A stretch of DNA of 64,000 nucleotides from Bacteroidota bacterium (GTDB taxonomy: Bacteria; Bacteroidota; Bacteroidia; Bacteroidales; FEN-979), in the NCBI GenBank assembly GCA_037128705.1, contig JBAXVX010000005.1, forward strand, positions 34,155 through 98,154, in the 5' to 3' direction. This document shows, in pieces, positions 10,255 through 20,505 of this stretch (positions are counted from its first letter, which is position 1; every line of letters begins with the position of its first letter). The position numbers were made by a program, and so were the translations under genes. The notes below the pieces were generated by a model. That model searched no databases. It was not told the DNA's origin and saw only the letters and a list, made by a program, of their open reading frames with translations.

Positions 10255-11197
10255 AACACCCCCAACCCATCCCGATAAGTGGCTGATGATTGTCAATCCC
10301 AATGCAGGAATTAAAAAAGGGACGAAAGACTGGCCTGAAATTCTTCAGTTGCTCAACCGCGAGGGCATTGATTTTGACTACCGGACCACCGCCAGGAGAG
10401 GCCATGCCATAGAGATTACTGAAGAGGTCATCCATGCCGGATGGAGAAATATTTGCATTGTGGGGGGAGACGGAACCCTGAACGAAGTGCTGAATGGAGT
10501 CATGAATCAGAAGGGAATTCCCGTTTCAGAAATAACCCTGGGCATGATCCCGGTAGGCACAGGAAACGACTGGTGCCGCATGTTCAATATTCCGTTTGAT
10601 TATCTGAAGGCCATTCACATCCTCAGGCAGAAGAAGACCTTTTTGCAGGATGCCGGAAAAGTTACCTATTCCCACCAGGATGAAAGGCAGGTGAGGTACT
10701 TCATGAATGTTGCCGGGATGGGATATGACGCACTTGTTGCCAAGAAAACGAATTTACTGAAAGAGAAGGGAATCGGCGGACCGCTGATCTACCTCTATTT
10801 TGTATTTGCAAGCCTGTTTCAGTATAAATTCATCGAGGCGGTGATCGAGGTGGATGGGGTGATGGCCTTTAAAGGTGAAATTTTTTCAATGAATGTCGGC
10901 ATATGTAAATTCAACGGGGGCGGGATGAAGCAGGTCCCCTTTGCTTTACCTGACGATGGATTGCTTGATGTAACCCTGATCAAGAAGACATCCAAATGGA
11001 TGGTAGTAAGGTATGCCAGGAAACTGTTTGACGGAACGCTGGTTGACCTTCCATTCATCGCAACCTTCAAGGGAGAAAACATCCGGATCCGCTCGACTGG
11101 AAAGGTTTTTCTTGAAACCGACGGGGAATCGCTCGGGCACACGCCTTTTACTTTTGAGATCATCCCAAGGATTATCCGGATTGTTACAGGGAAGTAG
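10247..11197 (+). CDS. diacylglycerol/lipid kinase family protein (YegS-like)
   Basis: DAGK catalytic motif VGGDGTLNEV and GTGNDW. The internal ATG at 10247 (MAETPP...) is preferred. Confidence 0.75.
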   Translation: MAETPPTHPDKWLMIVNPNAGIKKGTKDWPEILQLLNREGIDFDYRTTARRGHAIEITEEVIHAGWRNICIVGGDGTLNEVLNGVMNQKGIPVSEITLGMIPVGTGNDWCRMFNIPFDYLKAIHILRQKKTFLQDAGKVTYSHQDERQVRYFMNVAGMGYDALVAKKTNLLKEKGIGGPLIYLYFVFASLFQYKFIEAVIEVDGVMAFKGEIFSMNVGICKFNGGGMKQVPFALPDDGLLDVTLIKKTSKWMVVRYARKLFDGTLVDLPFIATFKGENIRIRSTGKVFLETDGESLGHTPFTFEIIPRIIRIVTGK

Positions 11198-11208
11198 CAC
11201 GCAACCTG

Positions 11209-12405
11209 TCAGGGGGTGTCAACCCAATCGCCATTCTCCATGATAAGACCGATCAGGGCCTCCACAGCAAAGGTTTCGTCGATGTTCTTTTTAACGAGCT
11301 GCTGTTTTTTGTACAGGTTTATTTTGCCCTTGCCTGCACCCACGTATCCGTAATGTGCGTCGGCCATCTCTCCCGGGCCATTGACAATGCAACCCATCAC
11401 TGCAATTTTCAGTCCCACCAGGTGTGAGGTTTTCGCCCGAATCTTTTCCAGCGCACCCTGAATGTCAAATTGCGTCCGTCCGCAGGAGGGGCAGGAGATA
11501 AATTCTGTTTTGGTTATCCGGGCGCCCGCTGCCTGCAGGATGTTGTATGCAACCGGAATTTCAAATTCAGGATCTTCGGTAAGCGACACCCTGATGGTGT
11601 CGCCAATGCCGTCGGCCAGCAAACTGCCGATTCCGATGGCTGATTTAATCCTTCCGTCTTCCCCGGCGCCGGCCTCAGTTACCCCGAGGTGCAGCGGGTA
11701 GTTCATGCCCTCCTCCTTCATCCGCTTAACCAATAACCGGTTCGCCGCGATCATCACCTTGGTGTTGCTGGCCTTCATGGAAAATACCAGGTTCTGAAAC
11801 GAATGACTTTCGCATACCCGGGCAAATTCAAGGGCCGATTGAACCATGCCCCCGGGAGTATCTCCGTACTGGTCCATGATCCTTTCAGAGAGCGATCCAT
11901 GATTGACCCCGATCCGGATGGCCGTTCCATGATCCTTGCAGATTTTTAACAGGGGGGAGAGCCGCGCGGATATCAGTTCCAGCAGATCATCCTCCGCGAC
12001 GCGTGACGCATCAGTCGTGACGCGTGACGCGTGACGACTGACATCAGTGCTTTGGTTTGGTAAGTAATTTCCTGGATTGATCCGGACCTTCTCTACGATG
12101 GCGGCGGCGATTTCAGCGATCTTTGGGTTAAAATGAACATCAGCGATCAGGGGGGTCTCGTATCCGCGGAGGCGGAGTCCTTTTTTAATTTCCCGCAGGT
12201 TCTCAGCCTCTTTTATTCCGGGTGCGGTGATCCTGACATATTCACACCCGGCATTGATCATCCGGATGGCTTGTTCGACTGTCGCTTTGGTGTCAAGTGT
12301 ATTGGTGCTGGTCATCGATTGCACCCGCACGGGATAGTCTCCTCCCAGCGGCACAGGACCAATGTGGACGGCCCGTGTGTTAAACCGTTGATATAAAGTA
12401 TTCAA
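11209..12405 (-). CDS. ispG: 4-hydroxy-3-methylbut-2-en-1-yl diphosphate synthase
   Basis: VRVQSMT, KVRINPGN, IRIGVNHGSL, PLHLGVTEAG and FISCPSCGR motifs. TTG start, with a stop codon 3 codons upstream. Confidence 0.9.
   Translation of the reverse strand: MNTLYQRFNTRAVHIGPVPLGGDYPVRVQSMTSTNTLDTKATVEQAIRMINAGCEYVRITAPGIKEAENLREIKKGLRLRGYETPLIADVHFNPKIAEIAAAIVEKVRINPGNYLPNQSTDVSRHASRVTTDASRVAEDDLLELISARLSPLLKICKDHGTAIRIGVNHGSLSERIMDQYGDTPGGMVQSALEFARVCESHSFQNLVFSMKASNTKVMIAANRLLVKRMKEEGMNYPLHLGVTEAGAGEDGRIKSAIGIGSLLADGIGDTIRVSLTEDPEFEIPVAYNILQAAGARITKTEFISCPSCGRTQFDIQGALEKIRAKTSHLVGLKIAVMGCIVNGPGEMADAHYGYVGAGKGKINLYKKQQLVKKNIDETFAVEALIGLIMENGDWVDTP
11994..12042. repeat. 7-nt tandem repeat (GCGTGAC-type, ~7 units) inside ispG
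   Basis: + strand reads CCGCGAC GCGTGAC GCATCAG TCGTGAC GCGTGAC GCGTGAC GACTGAC. In the gene it encodes ...TDVSRHASRVTTDASRVAE... Confidence 0.85.
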
Positions 12406-12478
12406 AACCGTTTTTTAAATGAACATTTCATTGTCTGTTCCTGCTTGTTTTTGAACCCTTTTCCATAAGCGGATTCCG

Positions 12479-13255
12479 TTAGTTAAGTCCCTTGACCCTG
12501 GGTTTCCCCGCAACAAAGTCTTTCAGGTAAAAGGGTTCGAAATAGGCCAGGTTTTCAAACTGCTTCTGCCTGAATTTTTCCCCGGCAAGTTCGACCATGA
12601 ATTTTGCAGAGGTTTTAAAGCCATCGATGAACATGACATTCGGATGCTCTTCCATGACCGTCTTGCATTTATCAGCCCCCTCACCCCCGAAGACAATGGT
12701 ATGCTCTGCCAGGAGTTCCTGGAATGAAAAGGCATCGATGACCTCTGCGGCTGCTTCCCGAACCTCCCGGTTTTTCTGATCAAATATGGCAGCATAGACC
12801 TCCATCCGGCGGGCATCGATCATGGGACAGAAAAGGATTTCCGATTTTCGATTTCCGATTTTCGATTTCAGTTGATGGAGAATGTCTGCTGATTGGCCAT
12901 TGGTCGCTGGTAATTGGTCATTGGATATTGGTAATCGGTCATTCATTCCCATGGCCATGGCCTGGAGTGTGGGAACGGAAATCAGGGGTTTGTCGAGGGC
13001 GTAGCAGAGCCCTTTTGCGGTGGCGACCCCAATGCGCAGTCCCGTATACGAACCAGGACCCATGCTTACAGCAATGGCATCAAGTGCAGCAATCTCAAAT
13101 CCGGAAGATTGGATGATTTCATCAATAAACAAAGTCAGCATGGCTGAATGAACATTCCTCGACGAAGATTCGCGGATTCCCAGAATTTTTTCATCCCCGG
13201 CCAGGACCACGGAGCAGACCTCGGTGGCCGATTCAATGCAAAGGATCAGGTCCAT
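12479..13255 (-). CDS. tsaB: tRNA threonylcarbamoyladenosine biosynthesis protein TsaB
   Basis: N-terminal ILCIESATEVCSVVL, then GPGSYTGLRIGVATAKGL and CPMIDARRMEVY motifs. Confidence 0.85.
   Translation of the reverse strand: MDLILCIESATEVCSVVLAGDEKILGIRESSSRNVHSAMLTLFIDEIIQSSGFEIAALDAIAVSMGPGSYTGLRIGVATAKGLCYALDKPLISVPTLQAMAMGMNDRLPISNDQLPATNGQSADILHQLKSKIGNRKSEILFCPMIDARRMEVYAAIFDQKNREVREAAAEVIDAFSFQELLAEHTIVFGGEGADKCKTVMEEHPNVMFIDGFKTSAKFMVELAGEKFRQKQFENLAYFEPFYLKDFVAGKPRVKGLN
12836..12947. repeat. 112-nt block with 7-nt periodicity (16 units) inside tsaB
   Basis: (GATTTCC GATTTTC)x2 GATTTCA, then 3 degenerate units, then ATTGGCC ATTGGTC GCTGGTA ATTGGTC ATTGGAT ATTGGTA ATCGGTC ATTCATT. 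Encodes ...PISNDQLPATNGQSADILHQLKSKIGNRKSEI... Confidence 0.85.
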
Positions 13256-13258
13256 GCA

Positions 13259-14644
13259 CTATTTCTCTTTCTCCTTGGAAAACAGATCTTTCTTGTCAAC
13301 CTTCTTTACCTTATCGCCATCTTTCAGGAGTTTCGATACTGCACTATAGGGCGCCGTGATCACTTCATCCCCGTCCTTCAAACCACTGATGATCTGGATA
13401 TAGGTGTTATCCTGGATGCCGGTTTTTACATCTGCTTTTTTAGCAATGCCGTCACGAAGGATAAATACACATTCCTGAATTTTATCACTTTTCTTCGCAG
13501 TACTCACCATTTCCACCTCACGGTCACCATCCTCTTTTTTGGTTTTGGTGTTCTGATTGATTTTATCAAGACTGTCTTTAGCAATCCTGGTGGTCACAGC
13601 CTGGATTGGAAGTGTCAAAGCGTTGCTGACACTTTCGGTCTGAATTTCAACGGTACAGGACATCCCCGGGCGAAAAGGTGAAAAGTCGGCGGGTTTTCCA
13701 TCCACAAGGTCTTTATAAGACTCCTTGATGATGTGGATTTTCACATTGAAGTTGGTTACCTGGTCAACACTTACCCCCGTACTGTTGGCAGATGTCGCGA
13801 TTTCGGTAACCACTCCTTTGAATTTCCGGTTGAGGTAGGCATCTACTTCGATCAGGGCCGTGTCGCCCATGCTTACACGAACAATATCATTCTCATTTAC
13901 CTGCACCTGGGCTTCCATCTCATTGAGGTTGGCAATGCGCATGATCTCGGTTCCGCTGGAGAACTGTGAGGCCCCGGTCACCCGTTCCCCTTTCAGGACT
14001 CCCAGTTTAGATACGGTTCCGTCGTTGGGTGCGAAAATTGCCGTGCGCGTAAGATCCTCTTTTGATCTTTTCAGGGCAGCTTCGGAGTTCTTAACCATGA
14101 ATTCGGAGGCCTTGATGTCCTCTTCTCCGGCGGTCACCTGGGCCTGTGAAACCTGGAATGCCGATTTTGACTGGTCATATTCGGATTTTGAAATTACATT
14201 CTGCTGGTATAGTTTTTCCTGGCGGTCGTAGGTAAGCCGGGCGTTCTCATATTGTGCCTTGACCTGTGCCAGCCGGGCTTTGGAATTTGCAAGATTGGCT
14301 TTCTGGGTGTTAACTGAGGCTTCGCTCTGATCGAACTGGGAGATGTAGATCTCAGGATCGATTTTTGCAAGAAGGAAGCCCTTTGTAACCTGGTCTCCCT
14401 CTTTGACATACAATTCCACGACCTCCCCGGAAATATAGGGACTGATCTTAATATCCTTTTCCGGCTGGATCTTGCCATTGGATGAAACCGTCTGGGTGAT
14501 GGTTCTCTTCGTCACCTTTTCCGTGGCAACCTTAATGTCTTCGCTTCCTTTGCCTTTTACAACGGCTGCAATCACAATGATGGCCACTACCGCCACAATG
14601 GCAACAATGATCCATATTTTTTTCTTTGAAATATTATTGGCCAT
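13259..14644 (-). CDS. efflux transporter periplasmic adaptor (HlyD/MacA-type membrane fusion protein)
   Basis: N-terminal TM anchor, lipoyl-like GEVVELYVKEGDQVTKG, a long coiled-coil and a beta-barrel C-terminal part. Confidence 0.8.
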   Translation of the reverse strand: MANNISKKKIWIIVAIVAVVAIIVIAAVVKGKGSEDIKVATEKVTKRTITQTVSSNGKIQPEKDIKISPYISGEVVELYVKEGDQVTKGFLLAKIDPEIYISQFDQSEASVNTQKANLANSKARLAQVKAQYENARLTYDRQEKLYQQNVISKSEYDQSKSAFQVSQAQVTAGEEDIKASEFMVKNSEAALKRSKEDLTRTAIFAPNDGTVSKLGVLKGERVTGASQFSSGTEIMRIANLNEMEAQVQVNENDIVRVSMGDTALIEVDAYLNRKFKGVVTEIATSANSTGVSVDQVTNFNVKIHIIKESYKDLVDGKPADFSPFRPGMSCTVEIQTESVSNALTLPIQAVTTRIAKDSLDKINQNTKTKKEDGDREVEMVSTAKKSDKIQECVFILRDGIAKKADVKTGIQDNTYIQIISGLKDGDEVITAPYSAVSKLLKDGDKVKKVDKKDLFSKEKEK

Positions 14645-14662
14645 GGAATAATGTGTTTTGGT

Positions 14663-16117
14663 TTATTCACGATCGATCCTGATGGGGTTCCCCATATAAA
14701 AGTCGAGAATGGTCGTTTTAAAAATAAAATCATATTTTGCCTGGAGAAAGTCAGACTCTGCTTTGGTGAGATCCTTTTTGCTGTTGTTATAATCGAAAGA
14801 GGTCATCACGCCCACATCAAATTTCGTTTGGGCGTACTTGAAGGCCTCCGATTGTGCATTTACCTTTTCCTGTGATGCACTGTATTTCTGAAGGGAAGAA
14901 ACAGCGTCGGCAAAGGATTGTTCAATGAGTTTCCGGAGATCACGGGTGGTGATGCCAAGGTCAAGTTCGGCCTGGGATTTTTGAATTTTTGCATTGCTGA
15001 TCGCCGTACGGCCCTGCCAACCGTTAAAAATGGGGATGTTGAGATAAAAACCGACTGACTGGTTGCTGTTATCCTTGAGTTGCTCCTCGAATGGTTTTAC
15101 CTGATATGATCTGGAGATTTCAGGCATCAGAACCAGGTCCTTCGATTTTTGGGTAATGCCAATGGCGGACCAAACAGTATCACCCGGGACGCTTTGATCA
15201 ACCTGCATGGCAGCGCCTGAATACCCCGTTCCCCATGAACCACTCAATGAGAGCGTTGGCTGAACATAACCCCTGGCAATGGCTAATCTTTTTTTTGCAC
15301 TTTCAACCCGCAGTTCCGCGCTTTTAATTTCGGGCCGGGTTTTCAGGGCATGGTCAAAAATGACCTCTGCCGTAATTTTTTCTTTCGGAGCCTGAACGGC
15401 TTTCAGAACGGGTTTTTCAATAAGGAAATCGCGGGTAACGGGCAGATCGATCAGTTGTTGCAGGCTGAGATTAGAAATATAAAGCCGGTTTTCTGCGTCC
15501 ACTACATTCAGTTGCTCGGTCGCTCTCTGTGCCTTGATATTCAGCAGGTCTCCATTGGCTTTTGAGCCCGCATCGACCATTTTCTGCATTCGTAGAACCT
15601 GCGCCGTAGTGATCTTGATCTGCTCATTTGCAACATCGAGCAGCTCGATGTTAAATAAAATATCAAGGTAAAATCCGGCAACGGTCAAAGAGATGCTGTT
15701 TTTCAACACATCCAGGTCGTATTTGCTGGCCAGGAGGTTGATCTTGTTTTCTTTTAACGTGTTGAGTTTCTGAAGGCCCCCGAAAAGGGTCACGTTGCTT
15801 GCAATGTAAAAGTTATTGGAACGAACGGTGTTTGTGGCAAATGTATTGGTATACTGGTCAATGGTCTGACCGAAATTCCACACATTGGTGCCATTGGCAT
15901 TGAGGTTCGGCAACATGTTCAGGCCACTCTGCAACAAGGCATCCTTGTTCGTTTCAACAGTAAGGAGTTGTTTGTTTATGTCAAGATTGTTCTCAAGCGC
16001 GTAGTTGATGCAATCTTCAAGGGTCCAGATTTTTTGTGTAAACGCTTTGTGGGAAAATCCCGTGAAAATCATGATGATCAGGGCCAGAGCCCAGATGCTA
16101 AATCGATGCGCGTGCAT
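14663..16117 (-). CDS. TolC-family outer membrane efflux protein
   Basis: Signal peptide and two OEP repeats (LEDCINYALENNLD...; PTLSLSGSWG...). Directly upstream of the adaptor gene. Confidence 0.8.
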   Translation of the reverse strand: MHAHRFSIWALALIIMIFTGFSHKAFTQKIWTLEDCINYALENNLDINKQLLTVETNKDALLQSGLNMLPNLNANGTNVWNFGQTIDQYTNTFATNTVRSNNFYIASNVTLFGGLQKLNTLKENKINLLASKYDLDVLKNSISLTVAGFYLDILFNIELLDVANEQIKITTAQVLRMQKMVDAGSKANGDLLNIKAQRATEQLNVVDAENRLYISNLSLQQLIDLPVTRDFLIEKPVLKAVQAPKEKITAEVIFDHALKTRPEIKSAELRVESAKKRLAIARGYVQPTLSLSGSWGTGYSGAAMQVDQSVPGDTVWSAIGITQKSKDLVLMPEISRSYQVKPFEEQLKDNSNQSVGFYLNIPIFNGWQGRTAISNAKIQKSQAELDLGITTRDLRKLIEQSFADAVSSLQKYSASQEKVNAQSEAFKYAQTKFDVGVMTSFDYNNSKKDLTKAESDFLQAKYDFIFKTTILDFYMGNPIRIDRE

Positions 16118-16235
16118 TTGAAGGGGTTTTTAATAAGACATCAAAAGTAGTGATTTTAATATTCACCAGGGCATTAAGACGAAGAAATTGTTGATAGGTT
16201 ACAGGTAACGAATTTCCATATTCAATATTATTTTA

Positions 16236-16243
16236 TATTTTTG
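16236..16243 (+). promoter_or_regulatory. candidate Bacteroidota -7 box TATTTTTG upstream of atpB
   Basis: Matches TAnnTTTG, 30 nt upstream of the ATG at 16273. Confidence 0.3.
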
Positions 16244-16272
16244 CAACTCATACCAGAGCCGTTATTGGTTTC

Positions 16273-17436
16273 ATGACTACAATCAGATCGCATACGTCCG
16301 CTTTTCGTTTTTTGGCCATCAGCCTGATGATTGGCTTTGTGTTTATCAGCAGCACCTTTGCCTCCGTCCAGGATAAGACCCAGCTGGTGCCGGCGAAGGA
16401 CAGCGTTTTTGAACATCCGGCCAAAACTGAAGGGCAAAAAGATGAGGGAAAATTCAATGCCGGGGAGATGATCATGGAGCATGTTGTTGACAACCATGAA
16501 TGGCATATTGCTGAAATAGGCAGCCTCCATCTTACTGTTCCCCTTCCGATCATTCTGTTGTACGACGGCAAGCTCTATACTTTTTGTTCCAGCAGGTTCC
16601 ATAATGAATCGAGCAGCTACCTGGGATTCAAGCTTGAACAGGAGGGGCCCCACAAGGGAAAAATCATCAGAACCGTTACAAACCAAGACGAGCCAGAAGA
16701 GGTGTTTCCGGTTTACGATTTTTCAATCACCAAAACAGTACTGGCCATTTTCATCAGCACCTTCATGCTGATATTGGTTTTTGTTTCTGTTGCCAATAGT
16801 TATAAACGCAACAGGAATAAAGCCCCCAGCGGCCTGCAGTCATTGCTTGAACCCCTGATTATTTTTATCCGCGACGACATTGCAAAAAGTTCCATCGGCG
16901 AAAAGAAATATGAAAAATTCATGCCTTTTCTGTTAACCGTTTTCTTTTTCATCATCTTCAACAACCTGTTCGGGCTCATTCCATTTTTTCCGGGAGGGGC
17001 CAACGTAACCGGCAACATTGCAGTTACCCTGGTTATGGCCGTTTTTACCTTTGTCATCACCACCATCAATGGAAATAAACATTACTGGATCGATATCATC
17101 AACACCCCGGGAGTTCCCTGGTGGCTGAAGATTCCTATCCCACTCATGCCTGTTGTAGAGATCATCGGGATCATCACCAAGCCTTTTGTATTGATGATCC
17201 GACTCTTCGCCAACATCACCGCCGGGCACATCATCGTGCTTGGATTTGTTAGCCTGATCTTCATTTTCGGGGCGATCAGCACTGCACTCGGACTCGGCGT
17301 TTCTGTTGTTTCCGTGGCCTTCATGCTTTTTATGAATCTGCTTGAACTCCTGGTTGCGTTTATCCAGGCTTATGTGTTTACCCTGTTGTCGGCACTCTAT
17401 TTCGGGCTGGCAACCATTGAACCGGAACACCATTGA
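16273..17436 (+). CDS. atpB: F0F1 ATP synthase subunit a
   Basis: C-terminal LMIRLFANITAGHI motif with the conserved Arg. Long N-terminal extension, as in Bacteroidota. Confidence 0.9.
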   Translation: MTTIRSHTSAFRFLAISLMIGFVFISSTFASVQDKTQLVPAKDSVFEHPAKTEGQKDEGKFNAGEMIMEHVVDNHEWHIAEIGSLHLTVPLPIILLYDGKLYTFCSSRFHNESSSYLGFKLEQEGPHKGKIIRTVTNQDEPEEVFPVYDFSITKTVLAIFISTFMLILVFVSVANSYKRNRNKAPSGLQSLLEPLIIFIRDDIAKSSIGEKKYEKFMPFLLTVFFFIIFNNLFGLIPFFPGGANVTGNIAVTLVMAVFTFVITTINGNKHYWIDIINTPGVPWWLKIPIPLMPVVEIIGIITKPFVLMIRLFANITAGHIIVLGFVSLIFIFGAISTALGLGVSVVSVAFMLFMNLLELLVAFIQAYVFTLLSALYFGLATIEPEHH

Positions 17437-17457
17437 GGTATGACGAATTACGAATGA
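17437..17457. repeat. short 7-nt tandem repeat (GGTATGA CGAATTA CGAATGA) directly after atpB stop
   Basis: Read directly. Only 3 units, so this is weak on its own. It has the same CGAATTA word as the array at 811..824. Confidence 0.45.
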
Positions 17458-17471
17458 ATTTTTAGTAGTAA

Positions 17472-17750
<279 letters not shown>

Positions 17751-17831
17751 AAGGTACGACAGGTTCTTTACGGTTTAACGGTTGGTTACGCCGTAAGGAA
17801 CTTTATCCGTTCATCTACTAAAAGAAACGAT

Positions 17832-18326
17832 ATGGAATTAATTACTCCGGGGCTGGGCCTGCTTTTTTGGATGACGCTGGCGTTTTTGCTGCTGGTGTTT
17901 ATCCTGGGAAAATTTGCCTGGAAACCCATCCTCCAGATGTTAAAAGAGCGCGAGACCTCCATCCATGAGGCGCTAAATTCGGCCAATCAAGCCAGGGAAG
18001 AGATGAAGCAGCTGCAGTTCAGCAACGAACAGTTGCTCCAGGAGGCTAAGAATGAGCGGGATGCCCTGCTGAACGAAGCCAGGAAAGTGAGGGACAGGCT
18101 GATCGAAGAGGCGCGCGTTAAGGCCACCGAAGAGGCATCGCGGATTGTTGAAGGAGCCAAGGCCAGTATTCAGAATGAGAAGATGGCTGCCATGACAGAG
18201 CTGAAGAACCAGATTGCCGAAAGCTCCCTTACCCTTGCCAAATTCATTTTGAAACGTGAACTGTCCGATCCGAAGAAACAGGAAGAATACGTTCAGGAAT
18301 TAATAAAAGAGGTTAAATTCAATTAG
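17832..18326 (+). CDS. atpF: F0F1 ATP synthase subunit b
   Basis: Single N-terminal TM segment followed by a long charged helix. Position in the operon supports the call. Confidence 0.85.
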   Translation: MELITPGLGLLFWMTLAFLLLVFILGKFAWKPILQMLKERETSIHEALNSANQAREEMKQLQFSNEQLLQEAKNERDALLNEARKVRDRLIEEARVKATEEASRIVEGAKASIQNEKMAAMTELKNQIAESSLTLAKFILKRELSDPKKQEEYVQELIKEVKFN

Positions 18327-18331
18327 TTGAA

Positions 18332-18892
18332 ATGAACATTTCCCTGGTAGCGGAACGTTATGCTGCAGCACTGTTTGAGCTGGCCACTGAGAAGAATAAG
18401 GTGAACGAGATTTATGCCGACAGCAAGCTGATTTCCCAGACATGTGAGAACAGCCGGGATCTGAGGTTGTTTTTGCAAAGTCCGATCATAAACTCAGGAA
18501 AAAAGAAAGCAATCCTCCAGGATATTTTTGGAAAGGAAGTTGATGCGATCACCCTGGCATACATGCTCATCATGGTCAGGAAAAACAGGGAATCGCTTAT
18601 TCCCGAAATAGCACTTCAAATCATCCAGCTTTACCAGGATTATAAGCATATCCTGACGGTACATTTCAAATCACCGGTATTGCCCGACCCGGAAGTAAGG
18701 AAAAGTGTACTTGAACTGATGAAAAATTACACCAAGTCGGATATTGATCTGAAGGCAGAAATTGACGAATCGCTGATCGGCGGATTCGTGCTTTCGTGGC
18801 AGGATAAGCAATATGACGCAAGTATCCGCAGGGAAATTGAAGAGATGCGCAATTCAATTGCAAAAGTGAATTTGTACAAAACAGGATTTTAA
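18332..18892 (+). CDS. atpH: F0F1 ATP synthase subunit delta
   Basis: OSCP-like N-terminus [13 protein letters not shown] and position in the operon. Confidence 0.85.
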   Translation: MNISLVAERYAAALFELATEKNKVNEIYADSKLISQTCENSRDLRLFLQSPIINSGKKKAILQDIFGKEVDAITLAYMLIMVRKNRESLIPEIALQIIQLYQDYKHILTVHFKSPVLPDPEVRKSVLELMKNYTKSDIDLKAEIDESLIGGFVLSWQDKQYDASIRREIEEMRNSIAKVNLYKTGF

Positions 18893-18906
18893 TAAGAAAA
18901 CAGACT

Positions 18907-20496
18907 ATGGCTGAAATCAAACCCGCAGAAGTTACCGCGATTTTACGCAGGGAACTGGCCGGTTACCAGAGTGAAAAGGAACTTGAAGAGGTCGGCACCG
19001 TATTGACCGTAGGTGATGGCATTGCCCGCATCTATGGAATGAATAACGTCGAAAGCGGCGAGCTGATCGAATTTGAGAAAAACGGGCTGAAGGGCATTGT
19101 GCTGAATTTGGAAGCTGACAATGTCGGAGCCGTTTTACTTGGTGATTATTTTGAAATCAAGGAGGGAGATATTGTAAAACGTACCCGCCGGATTGCCTCG
19201 ATCGAAGTAGGAGAGGGATTGCTCGGACGCGTAATTGATACCCTGGGAGAACCCATCGACGGAAAGGGAAAAATCGAAGGCGTACGGTATGAAATGCCCC
19301 TGGAACGCAAGGCTCCCGGTGTCATCTTCCGCCAACCGGTTAACCAGCCACTACAAACCGGAATCAAGCCCATTGATGCCATGATCCCGATCGGCCGCGG
19401 TCAGCGCGAACTGATCATCGGTGACCGCCAGACCGGGAAAACGGCCATTGCCATTGACACCATCATCAACCAGAAAGAATTTCACGCCAGGGGAGAAACG
19501 GTTTTTTGCATTTATGTAGCGGTTGGTCAAAAGGGTTCAACTGTGGCCAATATCGTGAAGACCCTTGAAGAAAAAGGCGCCATGGCCTATACCGTCGTGG
19601 TCTCCGCTACCGCATCCGACCCGGCCGCCATGCAATATTATGCTCCTTTTGCCGGAGCCGCCATCGGCGAATTTTTCAGGGATACGGGTCGTCCGGCTCT
19701 TGTTATTTATGATGATCTTTCAAAACAGGCCGTTGCTTACCGCGAAGTCTCCCTGCTGCTCCGCCGTCCCCCCGGACGCGAAGCCTATCCCGGCGACGTA
19801 TTTTACCTTCACTCCCGCCTGCTCGAACGGGCTGCCCGGGTTATTTCTTCCGATGACATTGCCCGTCAGATGAACGACCTGCCGGCCAACCTGAAGGACA
19901 TGGTGAAGGGGGGCGGATCGCTTACGGCTTTGCCCATCATCGAAACCCAGGCCGGTGATGTATCGGCTTATATTCCTACCAACGTGATATCGATTACCGA
20001 CGGTCAGATCTTCCTGGAAACCGGGTTGTTCAACGCCGGAATCCGCCCTGCCATCAATGTGGGTATTTCGGTTTCCCGCGTAGGCGGCAACGCCCAGATC
20101 AAATCAATGAAAAAGATTGCAGGGACCCTTAAACTCGATCAGGCCGAATACCGCGAACTTGAAGCCTTCTCCAAATTCGGTTCCGATCTCGATGCCGCCA
20201 CCAAGGCCGTGCTGGATAAGGGAGCCCGCAATGTGGAAATCCTCAAGCAGCCTCAGTATTCTCCCATGCCGGTTGAGAAACAGATCGCAATCATTTATTG
20301 TGGAACCAAGGGATTGCTCAGGAATATTGCAGTGAGGAATGTGGGAAACTTTGAAATTGAATACCTGCATTTTATGGAGTTGAATCACCAGTCGGTGCTG
20401 AATAACCTTAAGGCAGGAAAACTTCTCGACGAGGATCTTAAAACCATGGAGTCGGTTGCAAAAGAGCTGTCCAAAAAATACGAGGATAAGAAATAA
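18907..20496 (+). CDS. atpA: F0F1 ATP synthase subunit alpha
   Basis: P-loop GDRQTGKT, plus [21 protein letters not shown]. Confidence 0.95.
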   Translation: MAEIKPAEVTAILRRELAGYQSEKELEEVGTVLTVGDGIARIYGMNNVESGELIEFEKNGLKGIVLNLEADNVGAVLLGDYFEIKEGDIVKRTRRIASIEVGEGLLGRVIDTLGEPIDGKGKIEGVRYEMPLERKAPGVIFRQPVNQPLQTGIKPIDAMIPIGRGQRELIIGDRQTGKTAIAIDTIINQKEFHARGETVFCIYVAVGQKGSTVANIVKTLEEKGAMAYTVVVSATASDPAAMQYYAPFAGAAIGEFFRDTGRPALVIYDDLSKQAVAYREVSLLLRRPPGREAYPGDVFYLHSRLLERAARVISSDDIARQMNDLPANLKDMVKGGGSLTALPIIETQAGDVSAYIPTNVISITDGQIFLETGLFNAGIRPAINVGISVSRVGGNAQIKSMKKIAGTLKLDQAEYRELEAFSKFGSDLDAATKAVLDKGARNVEILKQPQYSPMPVEKQIAIIYCGTKGLLRNIAVRNVGNFEIEYLHFMELNHQSVLNNLKAGKLLDEDLKTMESVAKELSKKYEDKK

Positions 20497-20505
20497 GAAA
20501 AGGAA

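Noticed and set aside
17768-17796. Possible hairpin TTACGG...CCGTAA in the atpE-atpF spacer as an intra-operon attenuator
   Set aside because: The stem is only 6 bp, the loop is 17 nt and there is no T-tract. That is too weak to call.
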